64,000 nucleotides of DNA. It comes from an uncultured delta proteobacterium (lineage in GTDB: Bacteria > Desulfobacterota > Binatia > Binatales > Binataceae). The notes below the pieces were generated by a model, which saw only the letters and a list, made by a program, of their open reading frames with translations, made no database searches and was not told where the DNA came from. The stretch covers positions 28,795-92,794 of the forward strand of contig CAVTIS010000010.1 of assembly GCA_963734845.1 (NCBI GenBank), written 5' to 3'. Positions within the stretch are counted from its first letter, which is position 1. The number at the start of each line of letters is the position of its first letter. The position numbers and the translations under genes are program-made. Below, one piece after another: positions 49,807 through 62,586 of the stretch.

Positions 49807-50568
49807 ATGGCGAACGGGCTTATGATTTTGAGCAGTTATCGCGCGTTTTGGCTTCTTTTGATATTGCTGATTTGCCCAGCAATGCTTGGGCCAGCCATCG
49901 CGCGAAGTTCGAGCAGTATCGCACCCGAAAGCGCCGCGCCGTCCAGCTCCCAGTCAGACCAACAGGTCTGCGATCCGCAAGCCGATTACTACCTCGGGAT
50001 GGAAGACTACCCGGCGGCGATCCATCGCCACCTAGTCGTCATCCGCGAACATCCCGATAATGCCCTCGCCCATTACCATCTGGGCTTCGCCTACGGCGTC
50101 ATCGGACAGCATCAGCGCGAGTTGCAGGAATACCGCCGCGCGGTCGATCTAGGGCTGGACGATTGGCAAGTGTTTCTCAACCTGGGGCTGGTTTATCTCG
50201 AAGAGGGCCAACTCCAGGAGGCGACGCAGGTTCTGCGGCTGGCGACCTTGCTGGGACCCTACCAGGCCGAGACTCACTTCAACCTGGGACTCACCTATGA
50301 GCGGCGCGGAATGCTCATCGACGCCGAGCGCGAGATGCTTTTTTCGCTGAGGCTTAACCCGCACGAGGTTGACGCACGCAACATGCTGGGCCTCATCTAT
50401 GCGGAGGAGGAGCGCTATCCGCTTGCGCGCGAGGAGTGGTCGGACTTGCTCGGCGCCGACCCGGCCTATACGCCCGCCCGCGAGAACCTGGTGATTCTCG
50501 AGCGCGCGGAGCACGCCGGCGCAAAGAGCGCCTCGGACCGCGTGGTTGACTTCGCGCGCGGGCGCTAA
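49807..50568 (+). CDS. exported TPR protein
   Basis: Repeated TPR motifs (AHYHLGFAY, FLNLGLVY, HFNLGLTY, ARNMLGLIY); start uncertain. Confidence 0.8.
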   Translation: MANGLMILSSYRAFWLLLILLICPAMLGPAIARSSSSIAPESAAPSSSQSDQQVCDPQADYYLGMEDYPAAIHRHLVVIREHPDNALAHYHLGFAYGVIGQHQRELQEYRRAVDLGLDDWQVFLNLGLVYLEEGQLQEATQVLRLATLLGPYQAETHFNLGLTYERRGMLIDAEREMLFSLRLNPHEVDARNMLGLIYAEEERYPLAREEWSDLLGADPAYTPARENLVILERAEHAGAKSASDRVVDFARGR

Positions 50569-50659
50569 AGAACGGTGGTTGGAGTTCCCAGGCGCGACGG
50601 CGCAGTCTGGCCGCGATGGGGTGAAGTGTTGCACGAGGTGGTGAGCGAGGGGGGAGAGG

Positions 50660-52120
50660 ATGACGATAGCGAAAACCGCAGTGGCAGAGTTGATCCGGCG
50701 AACCAAATCGATCTCGATGGCGGCGATTCTGTTGCCGGCTGCCATCGCGATCATCGCGACAACCATACTCACGACAGTTGTGCCCGCCCGCGCGAGCAAC
50801 AGCGTCCGTCACGGCCACCCGGTTTCGCATCACCATCATCGCAGAGCTCATCGCGAGGTCCGCACCGGTACGGTGCTCTATCACGCCCTGCTGCTCGAGG
50901 ACGCCGACACGGGCCGGATCATTTACGATTACAACGGCGGTATCGAATGGCCGCCGGCCTCGATGGCCAAAATGATGCTTCTGATGGTGGCCGAGGATCA
51001 AATCAAAGCCGGCCGCTTTCATCTCAACTCGCCGGCGACGATCAGCGCCAATGCCGCCTTCACCGGCGGCTCGCGCCTGGGTTTGCATGCAGGCGAGGTG
51101 ATCCCGCTCGGAGAATTGATGAAGGCCGCGCTTATCCGCTCGGCCAACGACGCCGCGGTCGCGGTGGCTGAGGAGATCTGCGGCTCGACCTCGCGCTGCG
51201 TCGAGATGATGAACGCGCGCGCGCAGAGTCTCGGAATGACGCATACCGTTTATGGTACGGTCGAGGGCTTGCCGCCCACACCGCTGCACGACGCCGACGT
51301 CACCAGCGCCTACGACCTGGCGACGCTCGCCCGCGCGCTCATCCATTCGACCGACCTTCTGCAATGGTCATCGATGGAGACCGCGTCGTTCGACGACGGC
51401 GCGGCGATGCTGCACAACACCAACCATCTGATCGGCCACTTCGAGGGCGCCGACGGGATCAAAACCGGGTTTACGTTGAAGGCGGGCTTTAACCTGACTG
51501 CCACTGCGCAGCGCGGAAACATGCGGCTCATCGCGGTGGTGCTGGGAGCGCCCTCCAACGGTCAGCGTTTCGTGCAGGCGGCCAAGCTGCTCGATTGGGG
51601 CTTCGACAATTTCGAAAAAGTCCAGGTGGTCAAGCAGGGCCAGCTTTTGCCGATGCACGTGCGAGTCGGCGCCAATGAAGTGATGCAGCCGGTGGCACAG
51701 CGCGACGTCTCGGTGGTCGTGCCGAAAAAGGACGCCGGCGATCTCAAGCTGGATTTCGCCGTGCCGACCTCGCTCTACGGACCGTTGGTATCGGACCAAA
51801 CCGTGGGCGAAGTGATCGTGCGCAATCATAGCGAGGTCGTGGCCACCTTCAACGCGGTAAGCCCGAATCCGGTCGGCCAGCAGCCGTTCGCAGTTGGCCA
51901 GCAGCCGCCGGCGGCGGTTGACGCGGCTAGCGCGCCCGCCGGCGAAGTTGCTAATGAACGGGGCGCGACGATCAGGGTCGCGTCGCCGGCAAACCAGGCC
52001 GCGGCGCCGATGCCCGCCGCGGCGATGCCCGCGGCGGCCGCGGCGTCAGTGAATGCGGCCATGGCGCCGATGAACACGGATGCGGCCCCAATAGACCAGA
52101 CTGTAACACCCGTAAGGTGA
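50660..52120 (+). CDS. dacA: D-alanyl-D-alanine carboxypeptidase (PBP5/6, S11)
   Basis: PASMAKMM (SxxK), SAND (SxN), KTGFT, PBP5 C-terminal domain. Confidence 0.9.
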   Translation: MTIAKTAVAELIRRTKSISMAAILLPAAIAIIATTILTTVVPARASNSVRHGHPVSHHHHRRAHREVRTGTVLYHALLLEDADTGRIIYDYNGGIEWPPASMAKMMLLMVAEDQIKAGRFHLNSPATISANAAFTGGSRLGLHAGEVIPLGELMKAALIRSANDAAVAVAEEICGSTSRCVEMMNARAQSLGMTHTVYGTVEGLPPTPLHDADVTSAYDLATLARALIHSTDLLQWSSMETASFDDGAAMLHNTNHLIGHFEGADGIKTGFTLKAGFNLTATAQRGNMRLIAVVLGAPSNGQRFVQAAKLLDWGFDNFEKVQVVKQGQLLPMHVRVGANEVMQPVAQRDVSVVVPKKDAGDLKLDFAVPTSLYGPLVSDQTVGEVIVRNHSEVVATFNAVSPNPVGQQPFAVGQQPPAAVDAASAPAGEVANERGATIRVASPANQAAAPMPAAAMPAAAAASVNAAMAPMNTDAAPIDQTVTPVR

Positions 52121-52124
52121 ATCG

Positions 52125-52253
52125 ATGAACCCAGCATCCCGCCAGCGCAACCGGCGCAATCGCAAACTCGCGCGCAAGCGCCGCACCGATCCGATCCAGT
52201 CGCGCAGGCGCAAGCTGCGGATGCGCAAAACGCGCAATCGCAAGGCGGGTTGA
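52125..52253 (+). CDS. 42-aa Arg/Lys-rich small protein (below ORF-track cutoff)
   Basis: ATG 4 nt after the dacA stop with AAGGTG upstream; MNPASRQRNRRNRKLARKRRTDPIQSRRRKLRMRKTRNRKAG; CGC/AAG/AAC host-type codons. Confidence 0.6.
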   Translation: MNPASRQRNRRNRKLARKRRTDPIQSRRRKLRMRKTRNRKAG

Positions 52254-52288
52254 TCCGCGCGCATTTTCCCTGGCCCCGTTTTTCTTGG

Positions 52289-52510
52289 GTCATCCCGCGC
52301 CGCGAGCGCGCCTGTTCGGTGAGGCGCCTTTTATCAGGTCATCCCGATAGCCGCGAGTCTGTTTCCTTTTGTCATCCTGCGCGAAGCGAAGGATCCCCGC
52401 GAAGCGATTCCTCCGGTGCCGCGCTACCCGGCGCTCCAGACGCCGACAAATCGAATCGCTGCGCGTAGATCCTTCGGCTGCGCTCGCAGACTCGCTTCGC
52501 TCAGGATGAC
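52289..52510. repeat. REP/MITE-like palindromic element (GTCATCC family)
   Basis: TGTCATCCTGCGCGAAGCGAAGGATC ... GATCCTTCGG...TTCGCTCAGGATGAC, plus two upstream GTCATCCCG half-sites. Confidence 0.8.
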
Positions 52511-52710
52511 TGAAGAAGGCCGTTCGTGAACGGCCCATCCAACTACGCGAAGCGGCACCGGAACGAATGCTTCGGTGCTGCTGTGTGTAGTCGCTACGGA
52601 TGGGCCAGGACCGCCCATATGGCCGGCGCGCACGAGCACTTGCGAAGGGGCTTCGAATCGGGTGTTCTTGAAAGTACCGATCGGAAATTGCGTGTCAAGC
52701 GAGGAAGGCG

Positions 52711-53160
52711 ATGGATTCATCCAACTCGATTCAGCGCGAACTGACGATCGAGGCCGATCCGGCGACGGTCTTCGCATTCTTTACGGACCCACAGAGATTG
52801 GTCCGCTGGATAGGTGCATCCGCCACGCTCGATGTGCGCCCCGGTGGCTTGATGATGGTCGATGTTCAGCAAGGGCGCGTGGCTCGCGGTGAATTCAAGG
52901 AAGTCGTGCCGGTGACTCGACTGGCGTATACCTGGGGTTGGGAGGGCAGCGAGAATGTTCCGCCCGGTTCTTCCCTCATCGAGATCGATCTGATGCCAAA
53001 AGATGGCTCGACAGTCGTCCATTTCACGCATAGCGGGCTGCCTCCCGACCAGGTGCCCGGTCATACGGAAGGCTGGAATCATTACCTTCCCCGGCTTGTG
53101 GTAGCGGCCTCCGGCGGTGACCCCGGCCCCGATCCCAGGTGCCAAAAGCGGCCGCAATAG
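52711..53160 (+). CDS. SRPBCC/AHSA1 domain protein
   Basis: I.A.P.TVF.FFTDP..L.RW, D.RPGG, RL.YTWGW, HSGL, H..GW.HYL.RL. Confidence 0.88.
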   Translation: MDSSNSIQRELTIEADPATVFAFFTDPQRLVRWIGASATLDVRPGGLMMVDVQQGRVARGEFKEVVPVTRLAYTWGWEGSENVPPGSSLIEIDLMPKDGSTVVHFTHSGLPPDQVPGHTEGWNHYLPRLVVAASGGDPGPDPRCQKRPQ

Positions 53161-53237
53161 ATTGTCGGAGAAACGAGTATGACTTTTCCGATCCCCTGTA
53201 ATTGGCTCGGTCGGTAAGAGCAGCAAGACCGTCCGCA

Positions 53238-54338
53238 ATGGCTCAGACGAAAGCCGCGCGAGATGGGGCAGCTTTGTCCGGATTCCCCCAAACGAGTGCT
53301 ATCGAATGGCTGTTACGCGCCGGCGCCAGCGCCTCGTCACCCGGTTCCCTGCTTGGCGGGCTTTGCGATCGGCTTGTGCTGGAGCGGATGCCAATTGCTG
53401 CCGCACTCCTCACGGTTGCCAGTCTCGATCCACTGGTCGCTTCAACCAGCCGGCGTTGGCAGCGCCATGATGGCCGCGTGATCGAAGAGGTGATGCTCCA
53501 TGGGATGACGCTGGGGACGACCTCCGATGACCAAGTCGGTCTCCTGCTCACGCTCCCGGGAACGAAGCATCAGATCGAATGGTTTGCCGAGAGCCCTGGC
53601 GGTTTCACTGGCGAGCAACAGGCCTACCTCGAAACCATCGCTCTCACGTTGGTCGCGCCGCTGCAGGTTGTGGTCGAGCGCAGCGTTACGCGGAATCTTC
53701 TACAGGCTTATCTCGGTCGGCGCAGCGCCGAAAAAGTCCTCAGCGGCACCGTGCGGCGCGGAATCGGCGAGGTTATCGAGGCCGTGGTCTGGATCTCCGA
53801 TCTGCGCGATTTCAGCCTGTTATCCGGAGCGCTGCCTCCCGATCAGGTAATCACCGCCCTTAACGATTGTTGCGCGCGACTAGTCGGCGCGATTCATCCC
53901 TATGGCGGCGAGGTGTTGAAGTTCATCGGCGATGGCCTGCTGGCCATCTTTCCGCTCGCCGCTGGTGGCGAAAACGTCGCCTGCGATGCTGCCATAGCCG
54001 CCGTGCGGGCCGCCCGCCACGGGATGGCGCGGCTCGATTCCGATCGGCTTGGGGCCGGTCTGCCGCCGTTACCGTTTGGAATCGGGCTCCATCTCGGCGC
54101 GGTTGTATATGGCAACATCGGTGCTGCCGATCGCCTCGACTTCACCGCGATAGGTCCCGCTGTGAACGTGGCAAGTCGGATCGAGGGACTATGCCGATCG
54201 CTGGCATGTCCAGTTCTTATTTCGAATGCGGTCGCAACGCGTTGCACGACGAGTTTGACCGCGGTCGGTCTTCATGCCCTCCGTGGCATCGCGCAACCGA
54301 TTGAACTCTTCACTCTGCCCGAACTGATCCAGATCTGA
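53238..54338 (+). CDS. class III adenylate/guanylate cyclase domain protein
   Basis: SDLRDFS, EVLKFIGDGLLAIF, GNIG..RLDFTAIGPAVN.ASRIE. Confidence 0.9.
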   Translation: MAQTKAARDGAALSGFPQTSAIEWLLRAGASASSPGSLLGGLCDRLVLERMPIAAALLTVASLDPLVASTSRRWQRHDGRVIEEVMLHGMTLGTTSDDQVGLLLTLPGTKHQIEWFAESPGGFTGEQQAYLETIALTLVAPLQVVVERSVTRNLLQAYLGRRSAEKVLSGTVRRGIGEVIEAVVWISDLRDFSLLSGALPPDQVITALNDCCARLVGAIHPYGGEVLKFIGDGLLAIFPLAAGGENVACDAAIAAVRAARHGMARLDSDRLGAGLPPLPFGIGLHLGAVVYGNIGAADRLDFTAIGPAVNVASRIEGLCRSLACPVLISNAVATRCTTSLTAVGLHALRGIAQPIELFTLPELIQI

Positions 54339-54342
54339 GCGC

Positions 54343-54381
54343 CACGGCGATACGGCACGGCGATACGGCACAGCGATACGG
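54343..54381. repeat. 13-bp tandem repeat, 3 copies
   Basis: CACGGCGATACGG CACGGCGATACGG CACAGCGATACGG directly after the cyclase stop. Confidence 0.85.
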
Positions 54382-54609
54382 ATGGATCGCCTGCTGGACG
54401 AACCTCGCGACCGCCCATCCTGTTGAAAAAGCGGGTATAGTCCAATTCCCTCGCCGCAGAACGTCGCGCCGATTTACCCTGTCAACGCCGCGCTGTGGAG
54501 CAAAATCCGGGCGCGAAATTGACATCATAGGGCGCCGCCAGCTACTAATTATTGTGCGCTCGCGCTCAGAGTCCCTCGGTTCCTACACAGTCCGTCCGGA
54601 GTCCCTTCA

Positions 54610-57867
<3,258 letters not shown>

Positions 57868-57871
57868 CCAG

Positions 57872-58210
57872 TTGCGGCGCGTCACGGCGCGGCCGGCCGA
57901 CGAGAGCCCGCGCTCCGCCTGGCGAGCGCTCTCGGACAACCTGGCGACCGCACTTGTGTTCCTCAGTTTTTTCGCCGCCCATTGGATCGCGCAGGCGATG
58001 GCGTGGGCCAACGCTTCGCGCGGCACGGACTGGTACCTGCTCTTCGGCTTGCTCGGTTTGCCGCTGATTCATCTGGCGGGATCGCAAAGCGACAATTATT
58101 TTCTGCTGCTCTCAGTGCCCAACAGTTTAATCTGGGCCGCGGGCCTGACGTATCTGGCGGCCCGTTTCAGATCGCGCCTGGAGCGCACGCGGCGCGCCGG
58201 CAAGGATTGA
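57872..58210 (+). CDS. small membrane protein of unknown function
   Basis: About three hydrophobic segments; fills the gap between kdsA and lptC. Confidence 0.55.
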   Translation: MRRVTARPADESPRSAWRALSDNLATALVFLSFFAAHWIAQAMAWANASRGTDWYLLFGLLGLPLIHLAGSQSDNYFLLLSVPNSLIWAAGLTYLAARFRSRLERTRRAGKD

Positions 58211-58257
58211 TTTACACTCCAAACCCCCGCTGATAGCCTCATCGATGGAGCGACGCG

Positions 58258-58860
58258 ATGAGTCCGAAGCGGGTGGCCAAGGCGATGGGTCTGTTCGGCG
58301 CCGCGGCACTGGCAGTGGTGCTTGCGGTCGCTATCTATGTCGTACGCCATCGCGCCCCCGCCACCACCATGCAGCAGATGGCCGACCTTGTGCCCAGCGC
58401 GTTGCTGCACGCGCACAATCTCAAGTGGACGCAAATGAGTGGCGGCCAGAGCCAATGGCATCTGAGCGCGCGCGAGGCCAGTTACTCGCACGACAAGACC
58501 TCGCTGGTACTGACCGACGCGGAATTGTCGATGGTTTCCAAGGACGGCAAGAACGTCGAGGTCTCCGCGCCGCGCGCGGAAATCTCGGTGACCGGCAATC
58601 ATATCAACCAGGCCCACTTAAGCGGCGGCCTGCGGATCAATTACGGCGACTTCGTGCTGAAAACGGCCGAGGCGACCTTCTCTCCCGACAAAGACGTGGT
58701 TAATGCGCCCGGCCAGGTCGAAGTCCAGGGCCAGGGGATGACGGTTACTGGCGTGGGCCTTACCGGCCATCCCAATGAGCGCAACTTCACCCTGCTAAGC
58801 CAGACCAACACCGTGGTGATTCCAAAGAAGAGCAGTGATCTCAAATCAGGCAAGTCGTAA
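58258..58860 (+). CDS. lptC: LPS export periplasmic protein LptC
   Basis: N-terminal TM then beta-jellyroll pattern (W.L.A..A.Y, V.G.G....G.GL); position upstream of lptA. Confidence 0.8.
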   Translation: MSPKRVAKAMGLFGAAALAVVLAVAIYVVRHRAPATTMQQMADLVPSALLHAHNLKWTQMSGGQSQWHLSAREASYSHDKTSLVLTDAELSMVSKDGKNVEVSAPRAEISVTGNHINQAHLSGGLRINYGDFVLKTAEATFSPDKDVVNAPGQVEVQGQGMTVTGVGLTGHPNERNFTLLSQTNTVVIPKKSSDLKSGKS

Positions 58861-58864
58861 CGGC

Positions 58865-59899
58865 ATGGCCCGCGCATCTCGCTTCTCGTGGCGCCGGCGG
58901 CGGCGCGCCGCGTCGCCGCTAAGTGTAATAACCGTGCTGGCGCTGTGCGCGAGCGCGCCGCATGGCGCGCTCGCGCAGGACGCGTCTTCCGCGCCTGAGG
59001 CCGCTGCGACGGCTCCCGCCGCAGCGGCCTCGAGCGCGGCGCTGCCGGGCGCGAGCATTCGCAAGCCGCCGCGCGCCGCCGCGGGCGGAGCGCCGGCGGC
59101 GAAGGCTGGGAGCGCGGATGCGACGGCGGCGGCACCGCCCGCAGAGGCGTCGCCCGCAGGGGCGGCCGCCGCGGGAGCGCCGGCGGCGTCAGCCGGTGTG
59201 ACTCCGTCCGGCGAGACGTCCGCTCCGCCAACTACGGCCTCGCCGGGCTCTCCCGGCGGCGCCGAAGCGCCGGCCGCTCTCGCCACGGCCGCCCCGCGCG
59301 CGAAAGGCCGGGCCATCGCCAACGGCAAGCACCGGGCAGCGCAGCACGCGCATTCCGAAAGCGCCACGAAATCGACTTCGGCGAAAACGGATTCCAAAGA
59401 TACAGCCACGGATTCGAAGAACGACAAGGACAGCAAAGATAGCGACAGTCCGTTCTCGTCGATGCAGTTCTCGGGCAACAAGGGCCCGGTCGACATCAAG
59501 TCCGACACGCTGGATCTCGATTACAAGGGCAACGTCGTCACCTTTCGCGGCCACGTTCATGCGGTCCAGGCCGACGCGACCCTGACCAGCGATACGTTGA
59601 CGGTGACCTATGGCAAGGACTTCCATGAGGTCCAAAAGATGGTCGCCAACGACAACGTGCGCATGAGTCAGGGCACGCGATGGGCGACCGGCGATCACGC
59701 GGTGCTCGACCAGGCCAAGCATACCGTGACGCTCACCGGCAGTCCTGTGGTCCACGACGGCGAGGATCAGGTGACCGGCAGCAAAATCACGGTGCATCTT
59801 GACACGGGCAAGAGCGAGGTCGAGGGAGCACGGGCGGTGTTCTTCCCTAAGGACAACAAAACCCGCGATAATAAGACAACCGTCGCTAAGTCGCCTTAG
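58865..59899 (+). CDS. lptA: LptA/OstA family protein with long disordered N-terminal extension
   Basis: PVDIKSD.L.......VTF.G.V.A.Q...L.SD.L.V, A.G..A..D.....V.LTG.P.V..G...V.G.KI. Confidence 0.85.
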   Translation: MARASRFSWRRRRRAASPLSVITVLALCASAPHGALAQDASSAPEAAATAPAAAASSAALPGASIRKPPRAAAGGAPAAKAGSADATAAAPPAEASPAGAAAAGAPAASAGVTPSGETSAPPTTASPGSPGGAEAPAALATAAPRAKGRAIANGKHRAAQHAHSESATKSTSAKTDSKDTATDSKNDKDSKDSDSPFSSMQFSGNKGPVDIKSDTLDLDYKGNVVTFRGHVHAVQADATLTSDTLTVTYGKDFHEVQKMVANDNVRMSQGTRWATGDHAVLDQAKHTVTLTGSPVVHDGEDQVTGSKITVHLDTGKSEVEGARAVFFPKDNKTRDNKTTVAKSP

Positions 59900-59914
59900 C
59901 GAGCGGCGATCAAC

Positions 59915-61483
59915 ATGGCGCCTGAATTAAAACTAGGACAAGACCTGCGGCTGCGACAGCAGCTGGTGATGACGCCGCAGTTGCAGCAGGCGATCAAGAT
60001 TCTGCAACTGTCTCTGCCCGAGCTGGAAGCCGTCGTCCAGACCGAACTCGAATCCAATCCCCTGCTCGAGATGGTAGAGGAGCGCAGCCCCACCGCGACC
60101 GCCGCCGACGACGGGATGGCCGCGGCGCCCGACCCCATACCGGGAGCAGAACCCGACCTGCTGCCGCCCGAGCCCGAACCGGGCGCAGCGGCGGCCGAGT
60201 CGGAATGGAACGGCAACAGCGACGAGCAGCCGATGGCCGAGGGGATGACGAGCGAGGCGCGCGACGCCACCACAGAGATCAAGGAGGACGGCCGCCTCGA
60301 CAAGCTCGACTGGCGCGAGTACCTCGAAAACTACTCCAACAACTGGCAGGACAACCAGGAGTCCGAGCCCGACGACGAACGCCGCCAGACGCTGGAGAAC
60401 ACGCTCACCCGGCGCACGTCGATCGAAGACCATCTGATGTGGCAGCTGCGGTTGTCCTCGCTGGATCACAACCAGCAGATCATCGGCGCGACCATCATCT
60501 ACAATCTCAACGACGACGGTTACCTGGAAACGCCGGTCGAGGATCTCGCGGCTCAGCTCGAGACCGACGCGGACGCCGTCGAGCGCGTGCTCAAGCGCGT
60601 GCAGCGATTCGACCCGCCCGGGGTGGCGGCGCGCGATCTTCGCGAGTGCCTCTACCAGCAGCTATGCAACATCGGGATGGAGGAGTCGTTGGCGGCGCGG
60701 ATCGTGCTCAACCATCTCGACCTGCTCGAGAAGCATCGCTATGCCGAAATCGCGCGCTCGCTCGGGGTCACCGTTGAGGTGGTGGGCCAGGCGGCCAAGG
60801 TGATTTCACTGCTCGAGCCCAAGCCGGGACGCGACTACGGCGGCCAGGAACCGGCCTACATCGTGCCCGACGTCTTCATCCACAAGATGGGTGAGGACTA
60901 CGTGGTATTGCTCAACGACGGCGCGGTGCCGCGGCTGCGGCTGGCGGGTTATTACCAGCGCGTGCTGAGCGACAGCGCGGTCGCCGCCGACACCAAGGAA
61001 TATCTGCAGGAGCGGCTGCGCTCGGCGCGCTGGCTGGTCAAGTCGATCTACCAGCGCCAGCAAACGATCTTCAAGGTCGCGAGCTCGATCGTGAAGTTTC
61101 AGCGCGCGTTCTTCGACCACGGCATCACCCATCTGCGCCCGCTGGTGCTCAAGGACGTGGCCGAAGATATCGGGATGCACGAGTCGACTATCAGCCGCGC
61201 GACCGCCAACAAATACGCTCACACCCAGCAGGGCATCTTCGAGATGAAGTTTTTCTTCACCTCGGGCGTCAAAGGAACCAGCGGCGAGGACGTGAGCGCC
61301 GAGACGGTCAAGGAGAAGATCCGCGCGATGGTGGCGATCGAGCAGCATCACGATCCGCTGTCCGACCAGGCCATCGCCGAAGTTCTGCGCCGCGATCAGA
61401 TCAATATCGCGCGCCGCACGGTGGCCAAGTACCGTCAGGCACTCGGCATCCTGCCTTCGGCGCGCCGCAAGAAGGTCAGTTGA
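59915..61483 (+). CDS. rpoN: RNA polymerase sigma-54 factor
   Basis: MTPQLQQAIKILQL, PLVLKDVA....MHESTISR, RpoN box ARRTVAKYR. Confidence 0.97.
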   Translation: MAPELKLGQDLRLRQQLVMTPQLQQAIKILQLSLPELEAVVQTELESNPLLEMVEERSPTATAADDGMAAAPDPIPGAEPDLLPPEPEPGAAAAESEWNGNSDEQPMAEGMTSEARDATTEIKEDGRLDKLDWREYLENYSNNWQDNQESEPDDERRQTLENTLTRRTSIEDHLMWQLRLSSLDHNQQIIGATIIYNLNDDGYLETPVEDLAAQLETDADAVERVLKRVQRFDPPGVAARDLRECLYQQLCNIGMEESLAARIVLNHLDLLEKHRYAEIARSLGVTVEVVGQAAKVISLLEPKPGRDYGGQEPAYIVPDVFIHKMGEDYVVLLNDGAVPRLRLAGYYQRVLSDSAVAADTKEYLQERLRSARWLVKSIYQRQQTIFKVASSIVKFQRAFFDHGITHLRPLVLKDVAEDIGMHESTISRATANKYAHTQQGIFEMKFFFTSGVKGTSGEDVSAETVKEKIRAMVAIEQHHDPLSDQAIAEVLRRDQINIARRTVAKYRQALGILPSARRKKVS

Positions 61484-61528
61484 TCGCGTTGTTGGAAACA
61501 GAAAAGGGATGGTGAAACGAGGTGTTAG

Positions 61529-61975
61529 ATGGCGATGAAAGAGCCGGCGCCCAAGCGCGGACGGGTGGCCGAACGCAAATTGCGCCGCCGCGAGCAGCTC
61601 AAGAAGCGGCCGGGCGCCCAAGTCACCGTGACCTTCCGTCACGTCGAGCCGACCGAGGCGATCCGCCAGTACGGGGAACGCAAGCTTGGCCACGTGGCCG
61701 AGGCCTTGAAGCGCCCGTGCACCGTGCATTTGATCTTGTCAGTGGATAAATACCGCCAGTGTGGCGAAGTTACAGTCAAGTCGGGCCGTCTGGCCGTGGT
61801 CGCGGCGCAACAGGAGACCAAGGACCTTTACTCGGTCATCGACCTGCTCGCGGACAAGGTCCAGCGGCAACTCAAGAAACATCTGGAGAAAATCGAGGGT
61901 AAGAAATGGCGCGCCCCGTCGGCGGGTGAGGTCCTGAGCGCGGCTGAGGAAGCGGAGAGCGATTCCCGCTCGTAG
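61529..61975 (+). CDS. hpf: ribosome hibernation factor HPF/RaiA with basic N-terminal extension
   Basis: VTFRH...T.AIR.Y...KL, DLYS.ID...DK..RQL.K..EK; follows rpoN. Confidence 0.88.
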   Translation: MAMKEPAPKRGRVAERKLRRREQLKKRPGAQVTVTFRHVEPTEAIRQYGERKLGHVAEALKRPCTVHLILSVDKYRQCGEVTVKSGRLAVVAAQQETKDLYSVIDLLADKVQRQLKKHLEKIEGKKWRAPSAGEVLSAAEEAESDSRS

Positions 61976-62092
61976 ACGGTAAAGCGGCCTCTGCGTACCC
62001 AGGGGCAGCGCGCCTTGCGGCCTCTTCGCGGCTACACCGCACGCTCGCCCGGACCGCTCCCCGATGCAATAATCGGGTGCGCTGAACAGGCA

Positions 62093-62554
62093 ATGAAAAT
62101 TATCGATATCCTGAGTCCTGATATGGTGTTGCCGGAGCTCAAGGGCAATACCAAACCCGAAGTCCTGCATGAACTGGCTGATTCCCTCGCCGGCAAACAT
62201 CGCGAGATTGCTCCCTCGGCGCTGTCGGCCGTGCTGGCGGAGCGCGAGCGGCTGGGCTCGACCGCGATCGGCGACGGCATCGCCATCCCCCACGGCAAAC
62301 TTGCGGGCGTAAACAGCATCATCGGTGTCTTCGGACGCCATGTGCGTGGGGTAGATTTCGACTCGCTCGACGGCGGCCCCACGCATCTGTTCTTTTTGCT
62401 GGTCGCGCCCGAGGATTCGGCAAGCCTGCATCTCAAGGCGCTCGCCCGCGTATCGCGCCTGATGAAGGATCCGGCGTTTCGCGAGCGGCTGAGCAGCGCG
62501 CCGGACGCGGCCGAGATTTTTCGCCTGATCAAGGAGGAAGACGCCCGGCACTGA
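62093..62554 (+). CDS. ptsN: PTS IIA nitrogen-regulatory protein
   Basis: ERE.LGSTAIG.GIAIPHG, DF.SLDG.P..LFF.L.AP, HL..LA. Confidence 0.93.
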   Translation: MKIIDILSPDMVLPELKGNTKPEVLHELADSLAGKHREIAPSALSAVLAERERLGSTAIGDGIAIPHGKLAGVNSIIGVFGRHVRGVDFDSLDGGPTHLFFLLVAPEDSASLHLKALARVSRLMKDPAFRERLSSAPDAAEIFRLIKEEDARH

Positions 62555-62586
62555 GGCAGAGTGCTGCCGGCGCGCCTTTCATTGCG

